Notes: a model not told the origin generated them from the letters alone. 64,000 nt of DNA from an uncultured Methanosarcinales archaeon (GCA_964455675.1 CAYVYK010000008.1:1-64000); one strand, 5' to 3'; shown: positions 29,389-39,828, counted from the first letter of the stretch. A program made the numbers and translations.

Positions 29389-30285
29389 GTGGAACAAGCC
29401 GAAGTGGAAGAAAAGCTCAAGAACATGAGCCCTGAAGAGCTTCTTACATACAAGAAGCAGAATTGCATCTTCTGCTACATCGCTAGCGGCAAAGTACCTG
29501 CAAAGAAAGTCTACGAGGACGACAAGGTCTACGCAATCCTTGACAAGAATCCCGCTGCCGAGGGACATATCCTCCTTCTCCCAAAAGAGCATCATGAGGT
29601 CATGCCCCAGGTACCTGCTGATATCCAGGAACATCTTTTTATCGTCGCAAAATCAATATCGCAAGCGCAACTTGCCGCATTCCAAGCAAAAGGAGTAACA
29701 CTCTTTATCGCGAACGGCGGATCCGCAGGGCAGCGCGCACATCACTTCATGATCCACCTTATCCCAAGAAAGGAAGGGGATACAGTTGGCCTCAAGCTCA
29801 AACAAAACACCATGACTGAAGGAATTTTGCGGCAGGTGATCGAACGGCTCGCACCCAAAGTAAAAGAAGTCCTGGGATACGAACGAGCGCATGAACTTGC
29901 CAAGGAATCTGAAAAACAACTGCCTCCAAAAACCAAGGCACCGAAGGAGGCAACCCTGGAACCAGCCGAAGAAACTGAAAACGAGGAAGGGGAGAATGCA
30001 TCGCAAGAAGATACCACGGAAGATGATAGCTTAGAGGCCGTAACATCCGAGGCCACGGAAGAGAAGGAAGAAGCCCGTGAGGACGAAGAACCGCGCGAGG
30101 AAGACACCTCGGAAGATACTGAAGCAAGCGATGCGGACGAAGATTCGGACAAGAACGAGGAGTCTTCGGACCAGCCTGACGACACAGAAGATTCAGAGCA
30201 TGAGAAAAAAACTCGAAAACACGACGAGGATGACGATGAAGACGTACCGCTCGATGCGATTTCCGACATCGCCAAGGGGTGGTAA
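29389..30285 (+). CDS. HIT-family protein with degenerate triad and long acidic tail
   Basis: CIFC.I, GHILLLPKEH, HFMIHLIPR; D/E-rich C-terminus. Confidence 0.85.
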   Translation: MEQAEVEEKLKNMSPEELLTYKKQNCIFCYIASGKVPAKKVYEDDKVYAILDKNPAAEGHILLLPKEHHEVMPQVPADIQEHLFIVAKSISQAQLAAFQAKGVTLFIANGGSAGQRAHHFMIHLIPRKEGDTVGLKLKQNTMTEGILRQVIERLAPKVKEVLGYERAHELAKESEKQLPPKTKAPKEATLEPAEETENEEGENASQEDTTEDDSLEAVTSEATEEKEEAREDEEPREEDTSEDTEASDADEDSDKNEESSDQPDDTEDSEHEKKTRKHDEDDDEDVPLDAISDIAKGW

Positions 30286-30287
30286 GG

Positions 30288-30815
30288 ATGACGGACTGCC
30301 AAATTTGCGCGATGGCCGACCCCCGAAACGAACACATCATCTATGAGGATGACAGCTATTTTGCCATGCTCCACCCGCTGCCGCAGACAGCTGGGCATAT
30401 CGTCGTCGTACCAAAACAACACCTCCCGATCATGGAACAGCTCTCAAGCGAACAGGTAGCGCATGGATTCATGATTGCAAACAAGGTCTCATCAATCCTA
30501 TTTGACAGCCTCCCCATTAGCGGAACAAACATCCTAGTACAAAACGGAACAAGCGCGGGGCAGGAGCAACCCCATTTCATGATCCATGTCATCCCGCGCG
30601 TTGAGAATGATGGGATAGAACTCCAGTGGAAACCACAAGAAGCGACTGAAGAATCACTCTCCACCGCCGAAGCGAAACTCAAACAATACACCCGGAACAT
30701 CGGCGTTAGTAAAAAGGAAGAAAAGAAAGTTGTCGAGCACAAGGAACGCGTTACATCGATCAGCACGGAGGAAGCCGATGATTACCGACTACGGCAATTA
30801 CGAAGGCTTCCCTAA
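30288..30815 (+). CDS. HIT-family protein with degenerate triad
   Basis: CQIC, GHIVVVPK.H, AGQ..PHFMIHVIPR. Confidence 0.85.
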   Translation: MTDCQICAMADPRNEHIIYEDDSYFAMLHPLPQTAGHIVVVPKQHLPIMEQLSSEQVAHGFMIANKVSSILFDSLPISGTNILVQNGTSAGQEQPHFMIHVIPRVENDGIELQWKPQEATEESLSTAEAKLKQYTRNIGVSKKEEKKVVEHKERVTSISTEEADDYRLRQLRRLP

Positions 30816-31729
30816 AAAAGAAAAGACAACAAGTTACCCATTCCATACGATATGACGAGCGAAAATAAAAAGCTCGGAACGAATGGAATTCCAATCTTTA
30901 TGGTCACGTGGCTGATTAAACCACGGGTTTTCAGTTTCTTAAGTGTGGCAATCTGATCGAGGCTCACCCCAAGCTCCTTAGGACCCGTGATATACTTCCC
31001 CTTCACGCGCACATCCTCAAAAATCCAGTCGCCCTCAGTGAGATCCCCAACCGGAATCGACTTGATCATGCACACGCTCTCGACGGCACGCACATACGCA
31101 ACAAGAAAGACAAGCACGATACCAAACGAGGGGAGCGAGGCTGCAAGAAACGAGAGCACCGTGTCATGAAGGATACTTTCTGTAATAATCCAGAAAGATA
31201 TCGCTGCAATCACAAGCAGGATGATCGCATACCGAAATCTCATAACATTCTCAATCGACCGCTTGAGCACCGGCGCAATATTCGCTAAACCAAGATGAAT
31301 ACTGAAGAGCAGCCCGTAGACCGCGCCAACCCACAAGCTGTTCAAGAGAAATGCCACGAAAAGCGAATTCCAGTCAAGATAGAAACCAAAGAGGACACCA
31401 ACGCCAAGGATCATCTTCGTATCGCCGCCACCCCACTGCCCGGCATAGAACATTCCAAAACCGATGATGAGCGCAAGCAGAAAACCAAACACACCGACCA
31501 CGATAATTGAAGCATCCCACAGCAGAAGAGCAAGCATGATCCTGAGGCCAAACCCAGCGATAATGAGGCCGTAGTTCAGAAGATCAGGAACTTCACGCGT
31601 CATGAGATCAGAAACGGAACCGACAAACACGACAAGAAGCGCGATCACAAAAAAAACGAGCTCGACAAAGACCGCGATGTCAGATGAAGGCGGCTGCAAG
31701 TAATTATATATCAGGCTCAGCAACTGCAT
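30812..31729 (-). CDS. Prepilin/preflagellin peptidase (A24)
   Basis: SDL..REVP, GGGD.K and IPFVP motifs; polytopic. Confidence 0.88.
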   Translation of the reverse strand: MQLLSLIYNYLQPPSSDIAVFVELVFFVIALLVVFVGSVSDLMTREVPDLLNYGLIIAGFGLRIMLALLLWDASIIVVGVFGFLLALIIGFGMFYAGQWGGGDTKMILGVGVLFGFYLDWNSLFVAFLLNSLWVGAVYGLLFSIHLGLANIAPVLKRSIENVMRFRYAIILLVIAAISFWIITESILHDTVLSFLAASLPSFGIVLVFLVAYVRAVESVCMIKSIPVGDLTEGDWIFEDVRVKGKYITGPKELGVSLDQIATLKKLKTRGLISHVTIKIGIPFVPSFLFSLVISYGMGNLLSFLF

Positions 31730-31827
31730 TCACACATACCGACCTTGCAGGTTTATAAATATTTGTCAGTCATACACTAATAATTGTCGGCCATACATTA
31801 ATAAATTCGCAAACAGTCACCGTCCGC

Positions 31828-33573
31828 ATGAAACCGTGGGTGGTCATTCTTCTTGAGAGCGCGATCGCAGCAGCAATTATCGTGGCATGCATCCTCATGC
31901 CGGGGCTATGGAGCCTTGAGGAGTCCTCGTTCTATGCAGGATACCGCCTCCTCATCAACAGCCCACCAACAACTTACGGGAATGCAGACCTTCCCGCAGT
32001 CCTCATGGACGTGGCCATCAGCTTCATCCTAGCCATCATCATCGTCGGAATATGGCAGATGATTAAGAAAAAGGCCAGCATGCCGGAATGGATCGTCCTC
32101 ATACTGCTCATCTTCCTGGCACTCGGAACGCGCATGGTCTACATCCATGATGGCATATTCCACCATGATACGATCGGACTAGCCACAACCGTCGAGATGA
32201 TGCAGGAAGATGGCAAACTGCACGGGGTGATATCCGGAAGGTATGGATTTGTCCTTACCACCATGGCATACTACTACAGCATCAGAAACCTTACCGGAAT
32301 CACGGATATGGACTTCACCCTCAACATGATCACGGTACTCTTCGCGAGCCTTTCCGTACTCTATGCATACCTCATCGCCCGGCATTTCCTTTCCAAGGGA
32401 AGCGCAATCCTCGCAACAATCCTCTTCATGTTCATGCCCGTCGTATGGTCTGTCGGAACGTTCGCCAAAGAACATGGAGTGTCATTATTCTTCAGCCTTA
32501 TGGGCGTGTATACATTCCTTCGCGGAAGCGACAAGCGGTCAGCATTCCTCCTCTTCCTTGGGGGCATTTGCCTAGCCCTGAGCATGCATGTCCGCATTAC
32601 GAACGTGTTCATCCTCATCCCGCTCATTTTTTACATCCTCTTTGAACCAAGCATTAGGAAGGAGAGAAAAATGCGAGGAGGCACACAATCCTGGAAGCGC
32701 TATGTACCGTTTCTCATCCCGATATTCCTCGTCATCATGGAACTCGTGCTCCTCCAGTGGGGAGATATCACGTATGAAAGCGAATACAACCAGATACTCT
32801 GGCAGTTCCCGGAAATCATATTCCGACGACTTTACGCAAGCTTATTCTATAACCTCCGCAGCATCACGCTCGTCGGAGGAATCCTCCTCGTCGCAGGAAT
32901 AGTCACACTCTTTCGCAAAAAGAAGCATTTCCTTGCGACATTCTTTCTCCTTTGGATCATGCCAACATATCTATACATAGGATCTACACCATACCCCTCA
33001 CCAAGGCACTTTGAAGTCCTCTTACTCCCAAGTATCATTGTTTTAAGCGTTGCACTACAAACAATCGGAGAACGAAGCCCATTCCAACAGGGCATATTCA
33101 CAACTATGATTCTCTCCATCATGATCCTGAGCATCATCCCAATCCTCCATGTCAGGCACTCCTACTCTGGGCCAATGGAGTACGCACTCTATCTTAACAC
33201 ACTTGAACCGGGGCCAGCACTCGTCATATCCCTTGACGACCACGTGTACATCGAACACTACACAAACAAGCATACCGTCGGAATCCCATACAAATCAGGA
33301 TCAGACAAGGTTGCAGCGTCGCTCATGGTCATCAAACAGGAACTCTTGAATGGAAGCAGGGTCTTCATCGATGAGAAAACACTCCACTGGATCGGACAGG
33401 ACATCATCTATCCCAACCTTAACACAAATTTTGAGCTCGAAAAAGTCGGAAGCGTCGTTGTCGAGGACTACCACAGCGCAGAAATCGCCATGTTTCAGTT
33501 CATCGACAAGATCTACGAAGTGAAGCTGAAGAATGGGACCGAGGAGTTTCAGGTTTTTGCATATACCGAATGA
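31828..33573 (+). CDS. Polytopic GT-C glycosyltransferase (GT39/GT83-like)
   Basis: About 13 TM helices; ALG.R....D first loop; PRH motif; soluble C-domain. Confidence 0.7.
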   Translation: MKPWVVILLESAIAAAIIVACILMPGLWSLEESSFYAGYRLLINSPPTTYGNADLPAVLMDVAISFILAIIIVGIWQMIKKKASMPEWIVLILLIFLALGTRMVYIHDGIFHHDTIGLATTVEMMQEDGKLHGVISGRYGFVLTTMAYYYSIRNLTGITDMDFTLNMITVLFASLSVLYAYLIARHFLSKGSAILATILFMFMPVVWSVGTFAKEHGVSLFFSLMGVYTFLRGSDKRSAFLLFLGGICLALSMHVRITNVFILIPLIFYILFEPSIRKERKMRGGTQSWKRYVPFLIPIFLVIMELVLLQWGDITYESEYNQILWQFPEIIFRRLYASLFYNLRSITLVGGILLVAGIVTLFRKKKHFLATFFLLWIMPTYLYIGSTPYPSPRHFEVLLLPSIIVLSVALQTIGERSPFQQGIFTTMILSIMILSIIPILHVRHSYSGPMEYALYLNTLEPGPALVISLDDHVYIEHYTNKHTVGIPYKSGSDKVAASLMVIKQELLNGSRVFIDEKTLHWIGQDIIYPNLNTNFELEKVGSVVVEDYHSAEIAMFQFIDKIYEVKLKNGTEEFQVFAYTE

Positions 33574-33693
33574 TGTTTATACCAAATGAGTGTTGTCAAA
33601 AGTAATGTTACTCACGGTAATACCATGGGTCATTGTACATCATCTTGAGCGCGCGATGAGCACAATCTCCATAATGCTAGAGCAGGTGATAGA

Positions 33694-33830
33694 GCAGGAC
33701 GGTCAGCCTCCCGTTGGCAGAACAATAATAAAGGATTCTCATGATACTATCGCAGGACGGTCAGCCTCCCTTCGGTCGGCAGGCAGCGGACGCCATCTTC
33801 AAGCGTGCGCTTGAATGATGGCTCTGCTGC
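33694..33830 (+). repeat. Dispersed repeat/double-hairpin element, copy 4
   Basis: Exact GCAGGACGGTCAGCCTCCC at 33694 and 33752 (period 58). Long hairpin GCAGCGGA-C-GCCATCTTCAAGC-GTGC-GCTTGAA-T-GATGGC-TCTGCTGC. Confidence 0.9.
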
Positions 33831-34025
33831 GCGTGGTTGAACAGTTGCGGTCTGCTGGGTGTGATTGACCTGGCTACAGTTGTTGTCTCGTAATTGACCG
33901 TCTCAGAATCAGTACCTACTTCCAAATACCTGTCTCCAACGAGCACCCATCCCCATTGATCGTTCTCTGTTGCTGGCAGGTGAAAAGATTTATAAAGAGC
34001 CTGGAACCCCTTCAAGGTACCTATG

Positions 34026-34082
34026 ACTGATGACGACCACGAATCGTGGTCTGAGTGAGGGAAATGATTCTAATCATTTCTC
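34026..34082 (+). promoter_or_regulatory. K-turn (box C/D-like) and hairpin in the rpl7ae 5'UTR
   Basis: TGATGA-C-GACCACG-AAT-CGTGGT-CTGA, then GGGAAATGAT/ATCATTTCTC next to the SD; TATA at 33989-33996. Confidence 0.7.
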
Positions 34083-34095
34083 AGGAGGGACTCAT

Positions 34096-34431
34096 ATGGC
34101 ATCAAAAGAACTTGTTGAAAAAGTATTTGAGGCAATAGAAATTGCAAAGGCAACAGGCAAGATAAGCAAAGGAACAAACGAAGCAACGAAATGCATCGAG
34201 CGCGGAACTGCAAAGCTCGTCGTCGCAGCAAGCGATGTCCAGCCAAAGGAAATCATCATGCACCTGCCGCTCCTCTGCAAGGAAAAGAATATCCCATTTG
34301 TCGAAGTGAGCAGCAAGGAAGAGCTTGGAGCCGCAGCGGGCCTAGAGGTCTCCACCGGAGCGATCGCAATCATCGCTGAAGGAGAAGCAAAAAAGGCAAT
34401 TGAAGAAATCGTGCAAGAGCTCAAGGGATAG
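34096..34431 (+). CDS. rpl7ae: Ribosomal protein eL8/L7Ae
   Basis: [26 protein letters not shown] and LG.AAG motifs. Confidence 0.96.
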   Translation: MASKELVEKVFEAIEIAKATGKISKGTNEATKCIERGTAKLVVAASDVQPKEIIMHLPLLCKEKNIPFVEVSSKEELGAAAGLEVSTGAIAIIAEGEAKKAIEEIVQELKG

Positions 34432-34443
34432 AGGTAGAGAACA

Positions 34444-34767
34444 ATGGCAGACGAAAAGAATCCCGCGCCAGAGACAAAGGAACGCCGAGGAGATGTGGCG
34501 AAGCAAGCACGAGAGGAAGAGCGCAAGGCAGCAGTCTACTTCACCGGAGCATACCCAGCGAGCGTCGAAGAAGTCATTGGACGAACCGGCGTTAGGGGAG
34601 AAGCAATTCAGGTACGATGCAAAGTGCTCGAAGGCAACGACCGCAACAAGATCATTCGAAGAAACGTCAAAGGACCAGTCCAACTAGGGGACATCCTCAT
34701 GCTTCGAGAAACAGAAATCGAAGCACGACCGCTCACACGGAGCGGCGGACGCGGAACGAACCAATAA
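34444..34767 (+). CDS. rps28e: Ribosomal protein eS28 with an N-terminal extension
   Basis: GRTG..GE..QV.C, RNVKGPV..GDIL.L.ETE.EAR. Confidence 0.93.
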   Translation: MADEKNPAPETKERRGDVAKQAREEERKAAVYFTGAYPASVEEVIGRTGVRGEAIQVRCKVLEGNDRNKIIRRNVKGPVQLGDILMLRETEIEARPLTRSGGRGTNQ

Positions 34768-34779
34768 GGTGATATCCCA

Positions 34780-34956
34780 ATGGTCAAATGCACATTCAGC
34801 GGCAGGGAAATCCCGCCAGGAAAAGGAATCATGTTCGTCCGGGAAGATGGACGCATACTCTACTTCTACAACAGGAAGGCAGAGAAGAACTTCTTCAAGC
34901 TTAATCGCAAACCGCGCGAGACACGCTGGACCAGTTACTATGCTAAAGGAGGATGA
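34780..34956 (+). CDS. rpl24e: Ribosomal protein eL24; absent from the ORF track
   Basis: MVKCTFSGREIPPGKGIMFVREDG...RKPR...WT. Confidence 0.92.
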   Translation: MVKCTFSGREIPPGKGIMFVREDGRILYFYNRKAEKNFFKLNRKPRETRWTSYYAKGG

Positions 34957-35444
34957 ATCGCATGGGCATCGAACGGACATTCGTCGCGATTAAACCGGAT
35001 GGAGTCAAGCGCGGCCTTATCGGAGAAATCATCAGAAGATTCGAACAGGCTGGGCTCAAGATCATCGGCATGAAAATGGTATGGGCAGATGAACGCCTTG
35101 CAAGCGAACATTACGCAGAGCACAAGGACAAGCCATTCTACCATGTGCTCAAAGAGTATATCAAGCACGGTCCCGTCGCAACAATGGTGCTCGAGGGAGT
35201 TGACGCTATCCACGTCGTACGGAAAATTGTCGGTGGCACGGAACCAAAACAGGCACAACCCGGAACAATCCGAGGAGACTACTCCCATCACAGTTATGAA
35301 CATACCGACGGAGCAAAAAAACCGATCATGAACCTTATCCACGCATCGGCAAACAAGAAGGATGCAGAGAAAGAGATCTCACTCTGGTACTCAGAGAACG
35401 AAATCCACGACTACAAGACAATCCATCAAGAGTATACGTTTTAA
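34953..35444 (+). CDS. ndk: Nucleoside diphosphate kinase
   Basis: ERTF..IKPDGV, PGTIRGD and N.IHAS motifs. Confidence 0.96.
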   Translation: MNRMGIERTFVAIKPDGVKRGLIGEIIRRFEQAGLKIIGMKMVWADERLASEHYAEHKDKPFYHVLKEYIKHGPVATMVLEGVDAIHVVRKIVGGTEPKQAQPGTIRGDYSHHSYEHTDGAKKPIMNLIHASANKKDAEKEISLWYSENEIHDYKTIHQEYTF

Positions 35445-35454
35445 AGGTGAACCC

Positions 35455-37644
35455 ATGGGCGAAAAACAAGTAGAAAAAGTACTTAGGTTAAACAAGAATC
35501 CCTTACAGATCCGCAACATTTGCACGAGCGCGCACATCCACCACGGAAAGACAGCATTCTCGGACAACCTGATCGCAGCAGCAGGACTCATGAGTCAAAA
35601 CCTCGCAGGAGAAGCACTCACACTCAATTTCCGACAGGATGAAATCGACAGATGCATGACCATCGATTCGGCAAACGTCAGCATGGTCCACACGTATCAA
35701 GACAAAGAATATCTGATCAACCTCATTGACACTCCAGGGCACGTTGACTTTGGAGGAGACGTCACGCGCGCTATGCGCGCAGTCGACGGAACAATCGTCC
35801 TAGTGTGCGGTGTTGAGGGTATCATGCCACAAACCGAAACGGTCCTCAAGCAAGCCCTGCGCGAACGCGTCAAGCCAATCCTCTTCATCAACAAAGTGGA
35901 TAGGCTCATCACGGAAGTCAAGCTCACGCCAGAAGCGATGCAGCAACGATTCATCAAGATTATCACAGAGTTCAACAGGCTCATCGAGCAGATCGCTGAA
36001 CCAGAATATAAGGAAAAATGGAAAGTCAACGTGAACGACGGAAGCGTCGGATTTGGAGCCGCACGACAGAACTGGGGACTCTCCATACCTTTCATGAAAA
36101 AGAAGAAGATCAACTTCAAAGACATTTACGACATCTACATGGAAAATGAGAAAGATAAGGAAACCATGGAGAAAAAACTCTTCGAGGTCGCACCACTTTT
36201 TGAAGTCGTACTTGACATGGTCGTCAAGCACCACCCAGATCCTCTCGATGCGCAAAAGTATCGCATCCCAAAGATATGGCACGGAGATCCTGAATCACAA
36301 TTCGGCCAAGACCTTATTACCTGCAACCCCAAGGGTAAACTTGGATTTGTCATCATCAAGATCGTCATCGACCCACTCGCAGGAGAAATCTCCGCAGGGC
36401 GACTTTTCTCCGGAACGATCAAGAAGGGAGATAGTGTCTTCCTCAACAAAGCCAGGCAAGCACAGCGTGTGCAGAACGTGTTCATCTACAACGGAGCAAA
36501 GCGCGAGATCGTCGACGAAATCGCGTGCGGAAACATCATCGGAGTCGGAGGCATCAAAGGAAGCGCAGGAGAAACAATCACGTACGAAGCCGAAGAGCCA
36601 TTTGAGGAATTAACCCACATCTTTGAACCGGTCATCACGCAGGCAATCGAAGCAACAAAGCCGGGAGACCTCCCAAAACTCGTTGAGGTCCTTCGGCAAG
36701 TCGGCAAAGAAGACCCGACAGTGCTTGTTGAAATCAACGAGGAAACCGGAGAGAACCTCATGCATGGCATGGGAGAACTCCACCTTGAAGTCATCTCCAA
36801 CAGAATCCGAACAGAAAAAGGAGTCGAAGTCAAGACGTCTCCGCCAATCGTCGTATATCGCGAGACGATCATGAAGAAAACACAGGAAGTAGAAGGAAAA
36901 TCCCCAAACAAACACAACAAGTTCTACATCGTTGTTGAACCACTCGAAGAAGGAGTGTACAGTGCAATCAAGCAAGGATTCATCCCTGAAGGAAGAATCA
37001 AGCGCAAGGACACTGAACTCAAAAAGAAACTCATCGAGCATGGACTTGACTCAGACCAGGCAGAACGGGTACGAGACATTTTCAAAGGAAACATGTTCAT
37101 TGACATGACACGCGGACAAGTACACATGATCGAAGTCATCGAGATGCTCCTTGACACATTCGAGGATGTCATGAAAAACGGACCGCTCGCGCGAGAGCCG
37201 TGCCTCAAGTGCAAGGTACTCCTCATGGACATGAAACTCCACGAGGACGCCATCCACAGAGGACCTGCACAAGTCTATCCTGCAATGCGCGAGGGAATTA
37301 GAGGAGCAATGGTCACGGGAAATCCCGTAATCTTCGAACCACACCAGATCATGCTCCTTGAAGCACCGCAGGCATATATGGGATCACTCACAAAGCTTGT
37401 TGGATCAAAACGCGGACAGCTCCTTGACATGAAACAGGACGAGTACGGAATCACACTCAAGGCAAAATTACCGGTCATGGAACTCATCGGATGGAGTTCG
37501 GACCTGCGCAGCGAAACCGAAGGACGAGGAGTATCAAGCCTCATCGATCAGATGTTTGAGCGCCTCCCCGCAGAACTCCAGGAAAAAGTAGTCCGGCAAA
37601 TCAAGGAGAGAAAAGGACTTAAGGACAGCCAGGTCGGTGTTTAA
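35455..37644 (+). CDS. fusA: Elongation factor aEF-2
   Basis: DTPGHVDF, NKVD, GMGELHLE, and diphthamide loop HEDAIHRGPAQ. Confidence 0.97.
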   Translation: MGEKQVEKVLRLNKNPLQIRNICTSAHIHHGKTAFSDNLIAAAGLMSQNLAGEALTLNFRQDEIDRCMTIDSANVSMVHTYQDKEYLINLIDTPGHVDFGGDVTRAMRAVDGTIVLVCGVEGIMPQTETVLKQALRERVKPILFINKVDRLITEVKLTPEAMQQRFIKIITEFNRLIEQIAEPEYKEKWKVNVNDGSVGFGAARQNWGLSIPFMKKKKINFKDIYDIYMENEKDKETMEKKLFEVAPLFEVVLDMVVKHHPDPLDAQKYRIPKIWHGDPESQFGQDLITCNPKGKLGFVIIKIVIDPLAGEISAGRLFSGTIKKGDSVFLNKARQAQRVQNVFIYNGAKREIVDEIACGNIIGVGGIKGSAGETITYEAEEPFEELTHIFEPVITQAIEATKPGDLPKLVEVLRQVGKEDPTVLVEINEETGENLMHGMGELHLEVISNRIRTEKGVEVKTSPPIVVYRETIMKKTQEVEGKSPNKHNKFYIVVEPLEEGVYSAIKQGFIPEGRIKRKDTELKKKLIEHGLDSDQAERVRDIFKGNMFIDMTRGQVHMIEVIEMLLDTFEDVMKNGPLAREPCLKCKVLLMDMKLHEDAIHRGPAQVYPAMREGIRGAMVTGNPVIFEPHQIMLLEAPQAYMGSLTKLVGSKRGQLLDMKQDEYGITLKAKLPVMELIGWSSDLRSETEGRGVSSLIDQMFERLPAELQEKVVRQIKERKGLKDSQVGV

Positions 37645-37690
37645 GACACCACCCCTTTTTTTCATTTCTCCTTCTTTTTTCCTTTCATTC
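37636..37690 (+). terminator. Hairpin plus pyrimidine-tract terminator
   Basis: GGTGT-TTAAG-ACACC followed by T runs. Confidence 0.55.
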
Positions 37691-37823
37691 TACCTTGACA
37701 TTCCTTACCGAAAAACGCTAAAATTGCGCTCGGGGGAAAGCTTTATAAACCACCCGGAATTCCTTCGAACATTGCGAGAAAAGGTCTCGTGAACCATAGA
37801 TTTGAGCTAGGAGGCGTTAGCGT

Positions 37824-39113
37824 ATGGCAAAAGAAAAACCACATATTAACCTCGTATTTGTCGGACATGTTGATCACGGTAAATCCACCACAGTAGGACG
37901 ACTTCTGTACGATAGCGGAAATATCGATGAACAAACCATGAGAAAACTCAAGGAAAAAGCCGAAGAACTCGGAAAAGGCGGATTTGAGTTCGCATTCGTC
38001 ATGGACAACCTCAAGGAAGAGCGAGAGCGAGGAGTCACGATTGACCTTGCGCACAAGAAGTTCAACACACCGAAGTACTACTTCACCATCATCGACGCAC
38101 CTGGACACAGGGACTTTATCAAGAACATGATCACTGGAGCATCACAGGCTGATGCTGCTGTCGTCGTTGTTTCTGCAAATCCAGGAGACGGAGTACAAGC
38201 ACAGACAAAGGAACACATCTTCCTCTGCAAGACGCTCGGCGTTGGACAAATCATCATCGCGGTCAACAAGATGGACATGGCAAAGTATGACCAGAAAAGG
38301 TACGAGGACGTCAAGACAGAAGTGTCAAAGCTCCTCAAAACCGTCGGTTACAACCCAGCCAACATCGCATTCATCCCCCTTGCATCACTGCATGGAGAAG
38401 GAGTCGCGAAAAAGTCCGAAGCAATGTCATGGTATACCGGAAAGACGCTCCTCGAACAGCTCGACGAGCTCAAGGCACCCGAAAAGCCGACCAACCTGCC
38501 ACTACGCCTGCCGATCCAAGATGTGTACAACATCACTGGAATCGGCGTTGTGCCAGTAGGACGAGTTGAAACAGGCATCATGAAAGTAGGCCAAAAGGTC
38601 GTTGCCGTACCAGGACGCGAAGGAAAAGGCATCAGCGGAGAAGTCAAGACGATCGAAATGCACCACGAGCAGATCAGCGAAGCAGAGCCGGGCGACAACA
38701 TCGGATTCAACGTCCGCGGCATCGCAAAGAATGACATCGCGCGTGGAGACGTCATCGGGCCAGACACGAGTGTGCCAACCGTCGCAACAGACTTTACCGC
38801 AAGAATCGTCGTCATCAACCACCCAACCGTCGTTACTGCCGGATACACACCAGTGTTCCACATCCACACGGCACAAGTGGCATGCACGATCACGGAACTT
38901 GTGAGCAAGCTCAATCCCGCAACCGGAGAAGTCGTCCAGGACAAGCCTGATGTCCTCCGCAACGGAGACGCGGCCATCATCAAGGTCCACCCAATTCAGC
39001 CACTCTGCATCGAAAAGATGTCCGACATCCCACAAATGGCAAGATTTGCCATCAGGGACTCAGGACAGACCGTTGCAGCGGGCATGTGCATCGATCTGGT
39101 CAAGAAGGCCTAA
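37824..39113 (+). CDS. tuf: Elongation factor aEF-1alpha
   Basis: [21 protein letters not shown] and RFAIRD motifs. Confidence 0.98.
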   Translation: MAKEKPHINLVFVGHVDHGKSTTVGRLLYDSGNIDEQTMRKLKEKAEELGKGGFEFAFVMDNLKEERERGVTIDLAHKKFNTPKYYFTIIDAPGHRDFIKNMITGASQADAAVVVVSANPGDGVQAQTKEHIFLCKTLGVGQIIIAVNKMDMAKYDQKRYEDVKTEVSKLLKTVGYNPANIAFIPLASLHGEGVAKKSEAMSWYTGKTLLEQLDELKAPEKPTNLPLRLPIQDVYNITGIGVVPVGRVETGIMKVGQKVVAVPGREGKGISGEVKTIEMHHEQISEAEPGDNIGFNVRGIAKNDIARGDVIGPDTSVPTVATDFTARIVVINHPTVVTAGYTPVFHIHTAQVACTITELVSKLNPATGEVVQDKPDVLRNGDAAIIKVHPIQPLCIEKMSDIPQMARFAIRDSGQTVAAGMCIDLVKKA

Positions 39114-39177
39114 AGGCCTTCCTTGGTTTTTTACCAGCATGATGAACCACATGTTTACCATGTAGCACGTGATACGT

Positions 39178-39489
39178 ATGCCAAAAGCAAGGATCAAACT
39201 TTCAAGCATTGACATCGACAAGATCAACGAAGTCTGTGCGTATATCCAAGATATAGCGAACAAGACAGGCGTTGAAATCCGAGGGCCAGTGCCCTTGCCA
39301 ACAAAACGGCTGAAGGTCACAACAAGGCGAGCACCGGACGGCGGTGGAACCTCAACATTCGAACGGTTCGAGATGAGGATTCACAAGCGCCTGATTGATC
39401 TTGGCATTGATGAACGCGCGCTACGGCTCGTCATGCGGGTACCAATCCCCGAAGGACTCAATATTGAGATCGAGATGCTCGATAACTAA
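39178..39489 (+). CDS. rps10: Ribosomal protein uS10
   Basis: GPVPLPTK and FEMRIHKRLID motifs. Confidence 0.96.
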   Translation: MPKARIKLSSIDIDKINEVCAYIQDIANKTGVEIRGPVPLPTKRLKVTTRRAPDGGGTSTFERFEMRIHKRLIDLGIDERALRLVMRVPIPEGLNIEIEMLDN

Positions 39490-39546
39490 TTCTTTCACAT
39501 TTTTCTTCGAAGATTTTTTTATATCTCATCATATTTACAAGGGGTT

Positions 39547-39828
39547 ATGCCAGTAGACATGACCGTGGAGGATGTGAGTTCTCTCGCATACGCAAACGAA
39601 TTGCTCCACGTACTCTGCACAGCAGCCGATGATTCTCGAGCTATGGGGAAATATCTCGTCGGATGGAAGGAAGGAGGCAAGTGGAACGTCAAGCCATATG
39701 AAAAAGCACAGCTTCCCCTCGCAGAGCAGCACCGAGACAACCTACCTGAACTGCAGCAGCAGCCAGGAGTACAACCATTCTACGTCCCAGCGCCGGACGA
39801 TCCCATACTCATGCCCGGACTCTTGTGA
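39547..39828 (+). CDS. Hypothetical protein
   Basis: TATA-like element and SD upstream; no motif recognised. Confidence 0.5.
   Translation: MPVDMTVEDVSSLAYANELLHVLCTAADDSRAMGKYLVGWKEGGKWNVKPYEKAQLPLAEQHRDNLPELQQQPGVQPFYVPAPDDPILMPGLL

Noticed and set aside
33590..34015. Short ORFs over element copy 4 (also 16-204, 3695-3922, 6130-6515)
   Set aside because: They overlap structured repeats or tRNAs and have no coding hallmarks.
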